NCBI GenBank assembly: GCA_965223795.1
Contig: CBDCXL010000002.1
Location: 1,280,001-1,344,000 of the forward strand
Direction of reading: 5' to 3'
Source: Nitrospinales bacterium
GTDB taxonomy: Bacteria; Nitrospinota; Nitrospinia; Nitrospinales; VA-1
DNA length: 64,000 nucleotides
The translations under genes and the position numbers were made by a program. Of the stretch, positions 18,841 through 28,611 are shown piece after piece. The notes under the pieces were generated by a model. That model was given only the letters and a program-made list of their open reading frames with translations, did no database searches and was not told where the DNA came from. Within the stretch, counting starts at the first letter, position 1, and every line of letters starts with the position of its first letter.

Positions 18841-20112
18841 ATGCAGCCGCCGAGCGACACAGAATTGAGGAACACCGAAAAGCAGGATGCGCCTGCGGTT
18901 CTGGTTCTATCGCGTCCTCCGAACGCGTGCCCGCCCGGTGACTGGTACTGGAAAAACATCGCCGGCGTGCCGTTCCTGCTGCGCAACGTTTTGACGCTGC
19001 AGCGGGGCGGAGCGGACCCTCTGGTTCTGTACGCCGATAAAAACCTGTTCGGTCTCGGTGAGCTTTCCGAACGGCTTCAAAAGGACCGGCGGCTGAAGCG
19101 GCCTGTGCAGTGCCTCTGCCAACCGGAGGAGCTGGTCGACTTCAGCAAAAATGCCGAGCGGGTGCTGTTTCTGGACGGTTCCTGCCTGCATGAGAAGGAC
19201 CGGGTGCAGCAGCTCTTGCGTTCCGAAGCGGCCGAAGCGGCGCCGCAGCGCATCGCAAGCAGCGAACTGAAAACGCATCTTTCGAATCTCGATGCAAAGA
19301 GCGGCTCCTGGTACGAGTCGCTGCGCAAGCAGGCCCGGCCGGTGGATCCGTTGATCGGGAAAGACCCCGCCTGGGTGCGGGCGGTGTTCGGAGCGGGATC
19401 GCGGCTCACTCAGGAAGCGGATTTCAAGAACTGCGAGAAAGCCCTGCTCTTGAACTCCCGGCTTGCGAATGACAGTTTCATGGACCGCTGGATCACGCGG
19501 TCCATTTCCCGCAGGCTGACGGCGAGATGGCTGCACACAGACTGGACGCCGAACCAGATCACGCTGCTGTCGCTGGTTGTGGGATTGATCGCGGCGGGTT
19601 GTTTCGCGGTCGGGCAGTACGGATTTTCACTCGCCGGAGCGGTGCTGCTTTTGCTCTCGGCATGGATCGACTGCACGGACGGCGAGATCGCGCGGATCAA
19701 GTTCATGGAATCCGCGCTGGGGAAGCAGCTGGATATCCTGAGCGACAACGTCGTTCACTGGGCGCTGTTTTTCTGCATCGGCCTGGGGTTGTACCGGGCT
19801 TATGACGATGCCCTGTATCTCTGGCTCGGCGGGCTTTCGGTGCTGGGCAGCCTGACGGCGTTTTTCCTGCTCTGGCGGGACATCGTGGCAGGCAAGGAAC
19901 AAGCCGCGCAGCCGTCCAACGAGACAGGACGCACGCAGGATTTCGTGGACCGGCTCGCCAACCGGGATTTCACCTATCTGGTTCTGGTGATGGCGTGCAT
20001 CGGCAAAATGGAAATTTTTCTCGGGCTCACGGCTCTCGGCTCCAACGCCCTGGCTGTGTACCTGCTGTTCAACCGGCTCAAAAAAACGCCCGTTCCCACT
20101 GTGGGAACCTGA
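18841..20112 (+). CDS. CDP-alcohol phosphotransferase with N-terminal NTP-transferase-like domain (tandem paralogue)
   Basis: TPNQIT; DCTDGEIARIKFMESALGKQLDILSD; IAGVPFLLRNV. Confidence 0.85.
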   Translation: MQPPSDTELRNTEKQDAPAVLVLSRPPNACPPGDWYWKNIAGVPFLLRNVLTLQRGGADPLVLYADKNLFGLGELSERLQKDRRLKRPVQCLCQPEELVDFSKNAERVLFLDGSCLHEKDRVQQLLRSEAAEAAPQRIASSELKTHLSNLDAKSGSWYESLRKQARPVDPLIGKDPAWVRAVFGAGSRLTQEADFKNCEKALLLNSRLANDSFMDRWITRSISRRLTARWLHTDWTPNQITLLSLVVGLIAAGCFAVGQYGFSLAGAVLLLLSAWIDCTDGEIARIKFMESALGKQLDILSDNVVHWALFFCIGLGLYRAYDDALYLWLGGLSVLGSLTAFFLLWRDIVAGKEQAAQPSNETGRTQDFVDRLANRDFTYLVLVMACIGKMEIFLGLTALGSNALAVYLLFNRLKKTPVPTVGT

Positions 20113-20145
20113 CTGGTACCGGCAATTTATTCATCGGAGGAGGAA

Positions 20146-23058
20146 ATGGTCCGTTCCATAGAACCCATTGTCAATGCTTTGAAGGATGCAAAATCCCAGG
20201 GGAAAGGCGGCATCCTTTTGACCGGAGCGGGCTGCTCCGTGGAAGGCGGCGTTCCCGATACGGCCGGTTTTGTCAAACGGGTCGAAAAGGAATTCCCGCA
20301 GATTTTTTCCAAGGCCAACACCCGGGATTACCACCGTCTGGCGGTGGAATGCGCGGGTGAAGAGCCGTTTCGCGTGCACGGGCACGGTCCGGAGACCACT
20401 TCCCTGAACTGGGCGCACATCGCCGCGGCGCTGCTCTTGAAAGAGCAGTTCATCGGGCGGCTGCTGACGGTGAATTTCGACTCGCTGGCACAGCGCGCCT
20501 GTCATCTGCTGGGTCATTATCCTGCGGTTTACGACTGCGTAGCGGGCAAACCCTCGGTCAACGGCACGGGAATCCCGTCCGGCCTGTGGCACCTGCACGG
20601 GCAGGTTCCGGGCGCGGCGAAGCTGCACAGCAAGGAAGGCCACGCGGCGCTCAACCAGTCGCTGGAGGCGGTGTTCAAGAACGCCGGCAGGGAGCACCCC
20701 TGGATCGTGGTCGGCTACCGGGGCGAAAACGACCCGGTGTTCGAACAGCTCAAAAAAATAGAACAATTCGAAAAAGGCCTGTTCTGGATCGGCCTGGGCG
20801 ACGCCGAGGCCCCCAAACACGTTCAGGAAGGTCTGCTCAAAAAGAACAAGGGCGCGGTGTACCTCAACGGACAGGATGCGGACAGCTTTCTGGTGGCGCT
20901 GTGCCGGGAGCTTGCGGTGTTTCCGCCGGAGTTCGTGGCAAGGCCGTACACGCATCTGCACAACCAGGTGAAATCGATCGCTCCCTACCCGGTGCAGGGC
21001 TCGCACGACACGATCGACCTGACCCGCACATTGAAAGACGAGTTGAAGATCTCCATCGCCCGCTTCGAGAGCAAAGACGGCGCGGGCAAGGCCTCGCAGC
21101 CTTCCACCGAAGAACAGCGCGAGCTGTTCAACACCATTCTCGCGGCGCAGGGGCACCTGCTGGCGGAGCAGCCGGACGAGGTGCTTCAATTCCGCAGCAA
21201 GTTCGACCGGATGCCTTCGGCGGAGCTTGCGGTGCTGCTTTACTGGGCCTCGGTCATGAAAGGCGACGCGCTGCTCAAACAGGAGCGGGCCGAGTCGAAA
21301 CCGGACAAAAAACTGCTGCTTCTCAAAGAGGCGGGCGAATTCTACGAGTCGGCGACGCAGATCCGGTCCGACCAGCACAAGGCGTTCTACCGCTGGGGCA
21401 CGGTGCTCATGCAGCTGGCGCGCGCCGAAGCGGGGGACACCGCCGCCAAACTGTTCACCGATGCGAGCGAGAAGCTGCAGGCGGCGGTCAAGATCAACGC
21501 CAATCTGTATGAAATCCACGACGCTCTGGGCGCCTGCTATTTCGAGCTGGGCGTTCTGACTCCGGACAAGCAGGCCGAAACCCGCTTCGAACAGGCGGTG
21601 AAGCACTACAAGGCGGCGCTCGCCCTGAAGGAAGATCTGCCGGAAACGCTGTTCGGTCTCGGCAAGGCGATGGTGAACCTGGCGGCGTCGATGAAAGGCG
21701 GCCAGGCGGTGCAGGTGTTCGCCCAGGCCATGAAGCAGTTCGAAACCGCGCTCAAGTTCAAGCCCGACCACGGCGAAGCCTTCGTGTGCTGGGGGCATGT
21801 GCTGATGACGCTGGCGGAAAACATGGACCACGAGGACGGCGACGCGTTCCTCGCGCAGGCGCAGGACAAGTTCGCCGCCGCGGTCAAAATCCACCCGGAT
21901 CATTACCAGGCCTACTCGAGCTGGGGCAAGGTGCTGTGGACCCGCGGCACGCGCGCGGGCATGGAGCAGGCGGAGACGTTCTTCAGCCAGGCCATGGAAA
22001 AATTCCAGTCGGCGCTGTCGCACAACGACCAACTCGCGGAAGCGTGGTTCGGCTGGGGCGAGGTGCTGTTCATCCTGGGCACCCGGGCGCGCGGCGAAAA
22101 AGGCAACCGGTTTCTCAACCAGGCGGTGGAAAAATACCGCGCCGCCCTGGAGATCGAGCCGGAACACTGCGACGCGCTGAACGCCTGGGGCAATTCGCTG
22201 TTCTTCCTGGCGAAAAACTCCGACGATGTGGACGCGGAAGAGATCTGCTCGCTGGCGGCGGCCAAGTATCAGGAGGTGCTGGCCAAATCGCCCAGCCACT
22301 CGCAGGCGCTGACCAACTGGGGCAACGTGTTTCTGCACCTTTCGCAGATCAAGAAAGCGCAGGAGCAGGCTTTGCTCAATCAGGCGGCGGAAAAATACCG
22401 CGCCGCCCTGGAGATGGACCCGCAGAACGCCGAAGCCTTGAGCAACTGGGGCAATGTGCTGTTCAAGCTGGCGCAGCGCAAGGATTTCCCGGACACCAAG
22501 AAACTCTACCGCATGGCGGAAGAAAAATACCAGGCCGCGCTGGCCATCAACCCGACTTACATGGAAGCCTTCAACAACCTGGGCTGGATCCTCACGCACA
22601 AGGCGATCAACGGCAACGTGGACGATCCGGAAGCGCTGTTCAACAAGGCGAGCGAAAACTTCCAGCAGGCGGTGGAGATCAACCCGGAACTGAGCTCCGC
22701 CTACATCAACTGGGGCAACGCGCTCATGGAACAGGCGAAAACCAAAAAAGGCATCAACGTGCACCCGTTTTTGGCCAACGCCAAAAAGAAACTGCTGCGC
22801 GGCGAGGAACTCGATCCGGGCAGCGGCTCCTACCAGCTCGCACGGCTGATGGCGCTTCTGGCCAACGAGACCGGCTGCCGCGAATGGCTGATGAAATCCA
22901 AGGAACAGGGCGTGCTGCCCAACAGCAACATCTGGATGAACGAGCCGGATTTCGACAGCGTGCGCGAATCGAAATGGTTCAAGAAAATGATGCTGGACGC
23001 GATGGCGCAGAAAGGCAAGCCCGCGCGTCCGGTGGAAGAGATGGCTTCGAACGCTTGA
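20146..23058 (+). CDS. SIR2-like domain + TPR repeat protein
   Basis: LLTGAGCS..GVP, TVNFD, HLHG and VVGY motifs in the first ~270 aa, followed by many A..nWG..L...A.eKy..Al...P repeats; GGAGGAGG RBS. Confidence 0.8.
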   Translation: MVRSIEPIVNALKDAKSQGKGGILLTGAGCSVEGGVPDTAGFVKRVEKEFPQIFSKANTRDYHRLAVECAGEEPFRVHGHGPETTSLNWAHIAAALLLKEQFIGRLLTVNFDSLAQRACHLLGHYPAVYDCVAGKPSVNGTGIPSGLWHLHGQVPGAAKLHSKEGHAALNQSLEAVFKNAGREHPWIVVGYRGENDPVFEQLKKIEQFEKGLFWIGLGDAEAPKHVQEGLLKKNKGAVYLNGQDADSFLVALCRELAVFPPEFVARPYTHLHNQVKSIAPYPVQGSHDTIDLTRTLKDELKISIARFESKDGAGKASQPSTEEQRELFNTILAAQGHLLAEQPDEVLQFRSKFDRMPSAELAVLLYWASVMKGDALLKQERAESKPDKKLLLLKEAGEFYESATQIRSDQHKAFYRWGTVLMQLARAEAGDTAAKLFTDASEKLQAAVKINANLYEIHDALGACYFELGVLTPDKQAETRFEQAVKHYKAALALKEDLPETLFGLGKAMVNLAASMKGGQAVQVFAQAMKQFETALKFKPDHGEAFVCWGHVLMTLAENMDHEDGDAFLAQAQDKFAAAVKIHPDHYQAYSSWGKVLWTRGTRAGMEQAETFFSQAMEKFQSALSHNDQLAEAWFGWGEVLFILGTRARGEKGNRFLNQAVEKYRAALEIEPEHCDALNAWGNSLFFLAKNSDDVDAEEICSLAAAKYQEVLAKSPSHSQALTNWGNVFLHLSQIKKAQEQALLNQAAEKYRAALEMDPQNAEALSNWGNVLFKLAQRKDFPDTKKLYRMAEEKYQAALAINPTYMEAFNNLGWILTHKAINGNVDDPEALFNKASENFQQAVEINPELSSAYINWGNALMEQAKTKKGINVHPFLANAKKKLLRGEELDPGSGSYQLARLMALLANETGCREWLMKSKEQGVLPNSNIWMNEPDFDSVRESKWFKKMMLDAMAQKGKPARPVEEMASNA

Positions 23059-23090
23059 GGCGCGCCCTCCCCCTCACGGGGGCGCGCTTC
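23057..23090. terminator. Hairpin between convergent genes
   Basis: GAGGCGCGCCCTC...GGGGGCGCGCTTC inverted repeat. Confidence 0.5.
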
Positions 23091-23137
23091 GCATTCCTTT
23101 CCCCCGCTCGACGACTCCCACAGACTTTTTCCCCGGC

Positions 23138-25141
23138 TTAAGATTCGTTTTCCTCTGTCCCGATTTTCCAGGAAGCATTCCGCTGCGCGAGAAACGTCCG
23201 CACTTCCTTAAGATCCGCGACCACGCGGCATTGCGGCAGCGACGTCAGAAAATGTTTTCCGTAACTGCGGTTGACCACGCGCGTGTCGAGGATCGACACG
23301 ATGCCGGTGTCGGTGCGTTTGCGGATCAGGCGGCCGAATCCCTGCTTCAGCTGGATGATGGCGCGCGGGATCTGGTAGTTCCTGAACGGATCGATGGAAT
23401 TTTTCTTCAAATCCTCCAGGCGCGCTTCGGTGAGCGGCTCGTTGGGGACGTCGAACGGCAGCTTGGTGATGATGACGCTGGTGAGCGCGTCGCCGGGGAT
23501 GTCCACGCCCTGCCAGAAGGAGCTGGTGCCGAAGATGACGGACGGAACCTCCTTGAACCGCCGGATCATCTCGGCGGTGGGCAGGTCGCCCTGCTTGAGC
23601 AGGCGGAACGACCGCCCCAGGTATTCCAGCTTGTCGTAGACGCGGTTGAGCACCGAATAGCTGGTGAACAGGATGAAGGTCTTGCCCTGGGAGGCTTCGA
23701 TCAACTCCGCCGAACGCCGGGCCACGCCTTCGACGTAGGTCTCGATCTTCTCCGTCGGTTCGGGCAGGTCGCGGGGAACGTAGATCAGCGCCTGGGCGGG
23801 GTAGTCGAAGGGCGCGGGCAGCACGCGCTCGTCGGCCGGTTCGCAGCCGATGCGGTCCTTGATGAACCCGAATCCCTTGTGCGTGGTGAGCGTGGCGGAA
23901 GTGAGGATCACACGCTCGTTTTTATCGAACACTTCTTTCTTGAGCAGCGGCGCCACGTTCACGGGCACGCCGCGCAGCGACACCCGGGGGTAGCGTTTGC
24001 GCCGGGCGATCTCCAGCCAGTAGACGAAGCCTTCCAGGTTCTGGTTGAGCAGCGCCGACAGGCTGTTGTTGAAGCTCAGGCTGCGCTCGGCGGCGGAACC
24101 GGCGTCGAGCTTGTCCTCCTCTTTCTGCAGCCGCCCTTCGAGCGTTTTCAGCAGCTCGTGCAGCTTCTGCATGGGCACGAAGACGTTGTTGTCGAACACC
24201 GGCGGCTGGTAGAAACGCAGCACGCGGTCCTCGCGGCCGAACTCTTCCAGGAGCCGCGTGAAGAACGTGTCGACGGCGATGCGGGTGAGGGACACCTGCC
24301 GTTTGATTTCCGGCACCAGGTCGTGCTCCAGCCGGTTGAGCACGCCGCGCCGGGTTTTCGGATTGTGCAGGCGGTCGAGGAAATAGTACAGCGAGGCGTT
24401 GGAAATCTCCAGGCCGAGGAACGAGGTGGCGGCGTCCTCGATGTTCTGCGCTTCGTCGAACACGACGGCGTCGTAAGCGGGCAGCACGCCGCCGCCGCTG
24501 GCGATGTTGGCGAAAAACAGGTGGTGGTTGACGATGAGCAGGTGCGAGCGGAACCACTGCCGCCGTTCCTTGAAGTAGAAACACTGGGAGAAGGACTCGC
24601 AGTTTTTACCCATGCACTGGTCTTTCTGGCGGCCCACTTCCTCCCACACCGAAGGCAGCGCCTCGAACGGCAGGTCGCCGCGCAGCCCGGTCTTCGTTTC
24701 CTGCACCCAGTCGAAGATGGCCTGCATCTGGCCGTCCTCTTCGGCGCGCGCGAACAGCCCGGTCTGGGCGGCGCGCTTGAGCCTTCTCAGCGACAGGTAG
24801 TTTTCGTGCCCGAGGCAGAGTGCGTGGTTGAACTCGACGCCGAGCCGTTCCTTGATGAACGGGATGTCGTGGCTCAGGATCTGCTGCTGCAGGGTCTTGG
24901 TGTAGGTGGAGACGACGACCTTCTTTTTTTCGCGCACCGCCCACAGGATCGCCGGGATGAGATAGGCGAGGCTCTTGCCCGTTCCGGTGCCCGCCTCGAC
25001 GATGAGGGGGTGGCCCTGCTCGAACGCGCTTTCCACCGCTTCGGCCATCTCCACCTGCTGGGGACGGTATTCGAACCCCTGCATGCACTGGGACATCAGG
25101 CCGTCGGCGTTGAGGATGGACTGAACTTGCGTCAAAGACAC
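23138..25141 (-). CDS. DinG/YoaA-family Fe-S DNA helicase
   Basis: RPQQ, EAGTGTGKS, VNHHL, FDEAQ, LTSATL, FWQGVD, QGFGRLIR. Confidence 0.93.
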   Translation of the reverse strand: MSLTQVQSILNADGLMSQCMQGFEYRPQQVEMAEAVESAFEQGHPLIVEAGTGTGKSLAYLIPAILWAVREKKKVVVSTYTKTLQQQILSHDIPFIKERLGVEFNHALCLGHENYLSLRRLKRAAQTGLFARAEEDGQMQAIFDWVQETKTGLRGDLPFEALPSVWEEVGRQKDQCMGKNCESFSQCFYFKERRQWFRSHLLIVNHHLFFANIASGGGVLPAYDAVVFDEAQNIEDAATSFLGLEISNASLYYFLDRLHNPKTRRGVLNRLEHDLVPEIKRQVSLTRIAVDTFFTRLLEEFGREDRVLRFYQPPVFDNNVFVPMQKLHELLKTLEGRLQKEEDKLDAGSAAERSLSFNNSLSALLNQNLEGFVYWLEIARRKRYPRVSLRGVPVNVAPLLKKEVFDKNERVILTSATLTTHKGFGFIKDRIGCEPADERVLPAPFDYPAQALIYVPRDLPEPTEKIETYVEGVARRSAELIEASQGKTFILFTSYSVLNRVYDKLEYLGRSFRLLKQGDLPTAEMIRRFKEVPSVIFGTSSFWQGVDIPGDALTSVIITKLPFDVPNEPLTEARLEDLKKNSIDPFRNYQIPRAIIQLKQGFGRLIRKRTDTGIVSILDTRVVNRSYGKHFLTSLPQCRVVADLKEVRTFLAQRNASWKIGTEENES

Positions 25142-25337
25142 GGGCGCCTCGATTTAAGGATGGAAAACAACGCTCCGGCAGGTCCGGCGAAACGGTCGTA
25201 TGACATAAAAATCAATGCTTTACTTGCGGGGTGCATTGTTGACCGCACCGGTTAAATTTCATAAGATATTTGTGACAGGGTTGCGCCCGAAAGTTCCGGT
25301 GAGCGATCCATTCTACCATTTCCTCTCAGGAGGTCCG

Positions 25338-26027
25338 ATGAGAACCCTTGCAATCTATCTGCTCGTATCGCTTTTTTTCCTCACCCCCGCCTTCGCCGAC
25401 ACCGCCGATCAACGCGAGAAACTGCGGGAAGCGGTGATGGTTCTGGAAGAAATCCAGCATTCCCCCGATCATAAAATCCCCTCCAAACTGATCCAGAAAG
25501 CCAAGGCGATCATCGTGTTTCCGACCATGCTCAAGGGCGGGTTCATCTTCGCGGCGCGTTACGGTAAAGGCGTCGCCACGGTACGCGACAGCAAAACCGG
25601 GAAATGGGGACCGCCGGCGTTCATCCGCACCATCGGCGGCAGCTGGGGTTTCCAGATCGGCGGCGAAGCCATCGACCTGGTGCTGCTCGTCATGTCGCAG
25701 CGCGGCATCGAAGGACTGCTGAACAGCAAGTTCACGCTGGGCGCGGACGCTTCGGTGGCCGCGGGACCGGTGGGCCGGCACGCGGAAGCGGGGGCGGACG
25801 TGACGCTCAAGGGCGAAATCTATTCCTACTCGCGCAGCAAAGGCGTGTTCGCCGGCGTGTCGGTGAAAGGCGCGGTGATCAACGAGGACACCGACGCCAA
25901 CTGGGGCTATTACGACCGGCCGCTCTCGCCCAAGGAAATCCTCATCGAGGGACGGGTCAAAAAGTTTTCCGAATCCACCCGGCGTTTCATGAACGAGATG
26001 AACCGCATCGCCCCGGCGCGCGGATGA
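25338..26027 (+). CDS. Secreted SYLF/Ysc84 lipid-binding domain protein
   Basis: Signal peptide; KGGFIF..RYGKG, GGSWGFQIGG, AAGPVGR, YSYSRSKGVFAG; AGGAGG RBS. Confidence 0.9.
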   Translation: MRTLAIYLLVSLFFLTPAFADTADQREKLREAVMVLEEIQHSPDHKIPSKLIQKAKAIIVFPTMLKGGFIFAARYGKGVATVRDSKTGKWGPPAFIRTIGGSWGFQIGGEAIDLVLLVMSQRGIEGLLNSKFTLGADASVAAGPVGRHAEAGADVTLKGEIYSYSRSKGVFAGVSVKGAVINEDTDANWGYYDRPLSPKEILIEGRVKKFSESTRRFMNEMNRIAPARG

Positions 26028-26054
26028 TTCCCGCCTGCTCTGGACCGGCCCGCT

Positions 26055-27255
26055 TCACGCATCGATGCGGGCGCGGATCCGGGCGCTCGCGGTGTCCAGA
26101 GCGATGACCACGACGGCGATGGCGAACAGCGCCGTTCCCGCCTGGCGGTACTGCAATAGATTGATCCACTGCTGTAGCAAAAAGCCGATGCCGCCGCCCC
26201 CCACAAAACCGATGATGGTGGACATGCGCACGTTGATGTCCCAGCGGTAAAAACTCAGCGCCAGAAACTGCGGCACCACCTGCGGCACGACGCCGTACAG
26301 CACGACCTGCGCGGGCGTCGCGCCGGTCGCCTGGATGGCCTCGACGGGACCGGTGTCGATGCTCTCGATCTGCTCGGAAAACAGTTTGCCGAGCGCGGCG
26401 ATGGAATGCACGCCGAGCGCCAGCACGCCGGCGAACGGCCCGATGCCCACCCACACCGCGAACAGGATCGCCATGATCAAAGGCTCGATCGAACGCAGCA
26501 CATTGAACACGGTGCGCACGCCGTAATACACGACCGTGGTGGGCCAGCGTTTGGTCATCAGGTTCTGCGCGCCGAGAAAGCTGAGCGGCGCGGCGACGAG
26601 CACCGCCAGCGTGGTGGCCATGAGCGCGAGGAACAGGGTCTCGACCATCTTTTCCAGTGTGAGTTTCAATGTGGGGCTCACGGACCAGCCGCCGGTCTTT
26701 GAGGTCAACACCGCCCGCAGGATCTGCGGGTTGCCGCGCGCCATCTCCGGGACCGCCACATCAAGAGAGAACGCGCCGTCTTCGCCGATGGTGAAGTCTC
26801 CCAGCGGAAACTCCTGCTCTATGGCGTTCACCCAGTACAGCGTCCCGCGGCTGTCCGGCGGCAGCCGCACGCCTTGCACGCGCAGCGCGTCCCCCACCCT
26901 GCCTTCCTGACGCGAGAGGACCAGCGCGGGCGCGTCCGCGCCGTCATTTTCCTGCAGCAGGGCGGCGGCAAATCCATCGGAAAGCAGAAAGCCGGTTTCG
27001 ACGGTGACCGTTTCGCTGTCGGCGCGGACCAGGTCCGGCCGCAGGAGATCGCGCACCAGCGGCTTGACGAGGTGCACGTCGCGCACCAGTTCGCCGAGGT
27101 CGATTTCGGTGACGCGCCAGCCGTAGCTGTACACCACGACGAGGACGAGCGCGAGAATCAGGGTGCGGGTCCTGCCGTACCATGGCCGGGCGTTCGCCGC
27201 CGGCTTCGGGCTTGCCGGTGGCGCCGCTTGCGGATGGTTTGTCGGATTCGGTCAT
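26055..27255 (-). CDS. phnE: PhnE-like phosphonate/phosphite ABC permease with extracytoplasmic insert; apparent frameshift near the 5' end
   Basis: RSIEPLI.AILF..VGIGPFAGVLAL, LGKLFSEQIE, YRWDINVRMSTIIGFVGGGGIG; ATG 27255 is out of frame with the permease frame. Confidence 0.8.
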
Positions 27256-27276
27256 GATGGACCGGCGTCGGGCGGG

Positions 27277-27735
27277 TTACAGGCTGAGGCCGCGGGCGGT
27301 GAACCACAACAGCACCAGTCCGGCGAGCAGCACGGCGCCGTTCAGTTTCACGGACAGGGAATGCAGCTTCTGAAACTTTTCCTGCAACGGCTTCTGCTCT
27401 TTTTCCGAGGCGGCGGTTTCGATCTGCTCTTTCAGGGCGCGGGCTTTGGGATGCACGACGCGGCCGCCGATGAAAGTGGCGAGCATCATCAGGGAGATGC
27501 AGCCGATCTTGACCGGAGACAACGCGGGCGCGAACAGCAGCGTGACGAAGATGAGGACGCTGGCGACGTAGCCGATGCCGTAGTAGCGCGGGAACAGGAC
27601 GCCGATGAGCTCGCCCGCCAGCGGCCGTTCCAGGGTCTTGAACACGGCCGGGGCGGTGAAAAAGGAAAAGAAAACGATGCTGCCGATCCAGAAGACCAGC
27701 GCGAACAGATGCACGAATGCGATGAAGGTGCTCAT
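27277..27735 (-). CDS. DUF4149/TMEM205-like membrane protein
   Basis: WIGS..FFSF..AP.VFK.L....AG....LFP.YY; F.KLH.LSV.LN. Confidence 0.8.
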   Translation of the reverse strand: MSTFIAFVHLFALVFWIGSIVFFSFFTAPAVFKTLERPLAGELIGVLFPRYYGIGYVASVLIFVTLLFAPALSPVKIGCISLMMLATFIGGRVVHPKARALKEQIETAASEKEQKPLQEKFQKLHSLSVKLNGAVLLAGLVLLWFTARGLSL

Positions 27736-27777
27736 GGTGTTTTCACAAATTAACGATTCAGAATTTAATCTACCGAT

Positions 27778-28611
27778 TCATGACTGACTTTGCAGTGCGC
27801 GGGTCATCTCCTCGACGATCCGCTCTGCCGCTGCTTTCGGGTCGCCCGCGTCACGGATCGGCCGCCCGACGACGATGAGCGTCGGCTCCGGCTGCGATGC
27901 GCTTCTGGCCGGGCGTTGACGACGCGGCGCTGATCGTCATTTGCCGGATCGCGCTCCATTCGGGGCGGATCCCCGGAACAATTACTTTCAAATTGTGCCC
28001 ATATAGATCTGTTCCCTAAACCGAACCTGCGCTTCCAGAGCAAACGGACGCCAGACACATCCTGCAAGCTTATCCGGATTTGCTCTATAAGCAATTAATC
28101 GGGCGCGTCGCCCTGATACCATTGAGTCTTATGCAGGTAAGTTTTTACTCTCAATATCTTTTTTAAGAGAATCTTCGATCAGTTTTATTGCCCAAGTGCC
28201 ATGTCTAGATAAATTATAATTATCTAAATCATCTTTTGAAATACTTGTAAGTACCGTTACGGCAATAACATTAATTCCAGATTCTAAAACTTCATTGAGG
28301 AATTTTTCTTAGAGCTTCCCCTTCTTCCAAATGAATAGTTATGTATTTAACCTTATGTTTTGCTGCGGATTTAAGTGCCCTTGTAAGAGTAGCTGGGATA
28401 TCATGAAGTTTTAAATCAAAAAAATTGGTACATTTTGAGCAATTTTTTGAATTTGTTTTAATATATCAGGGCCTTCACTAATAAATAGTTCAAGTCCCAC
28501 TTTGAAGCAACCCACAGAATCTTTAAGTTGTTCAACTAATTTTAAAGCGTGAAGACTGTCCGGCAACGTCGAGGGCGAAGAATGCGAGCCGTTAGCTTTG
28601 GCATCGTTCAT
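27778..28611 (-). pseudogene. pyrF: Orotidine-5'-phosphate decarboxylase, multiply frameshifted and compositionally mosaic
   Basis: Fragments in different frames: FALDV, FKVGLELF, DLKLHDIP.T, AVTVLTS, VPGIRP, DDQRRV, IVVGRPIRDAGDP.AAAE.I. Confidence 0.85.

Noticed and set aside
20146..25141. SIR2-TPR plus DinG as a two-gene defence system
   Set aside because: The genes are convergent with a hairpin between them, and the helicase looks like housekeeping YoaA/DinG.
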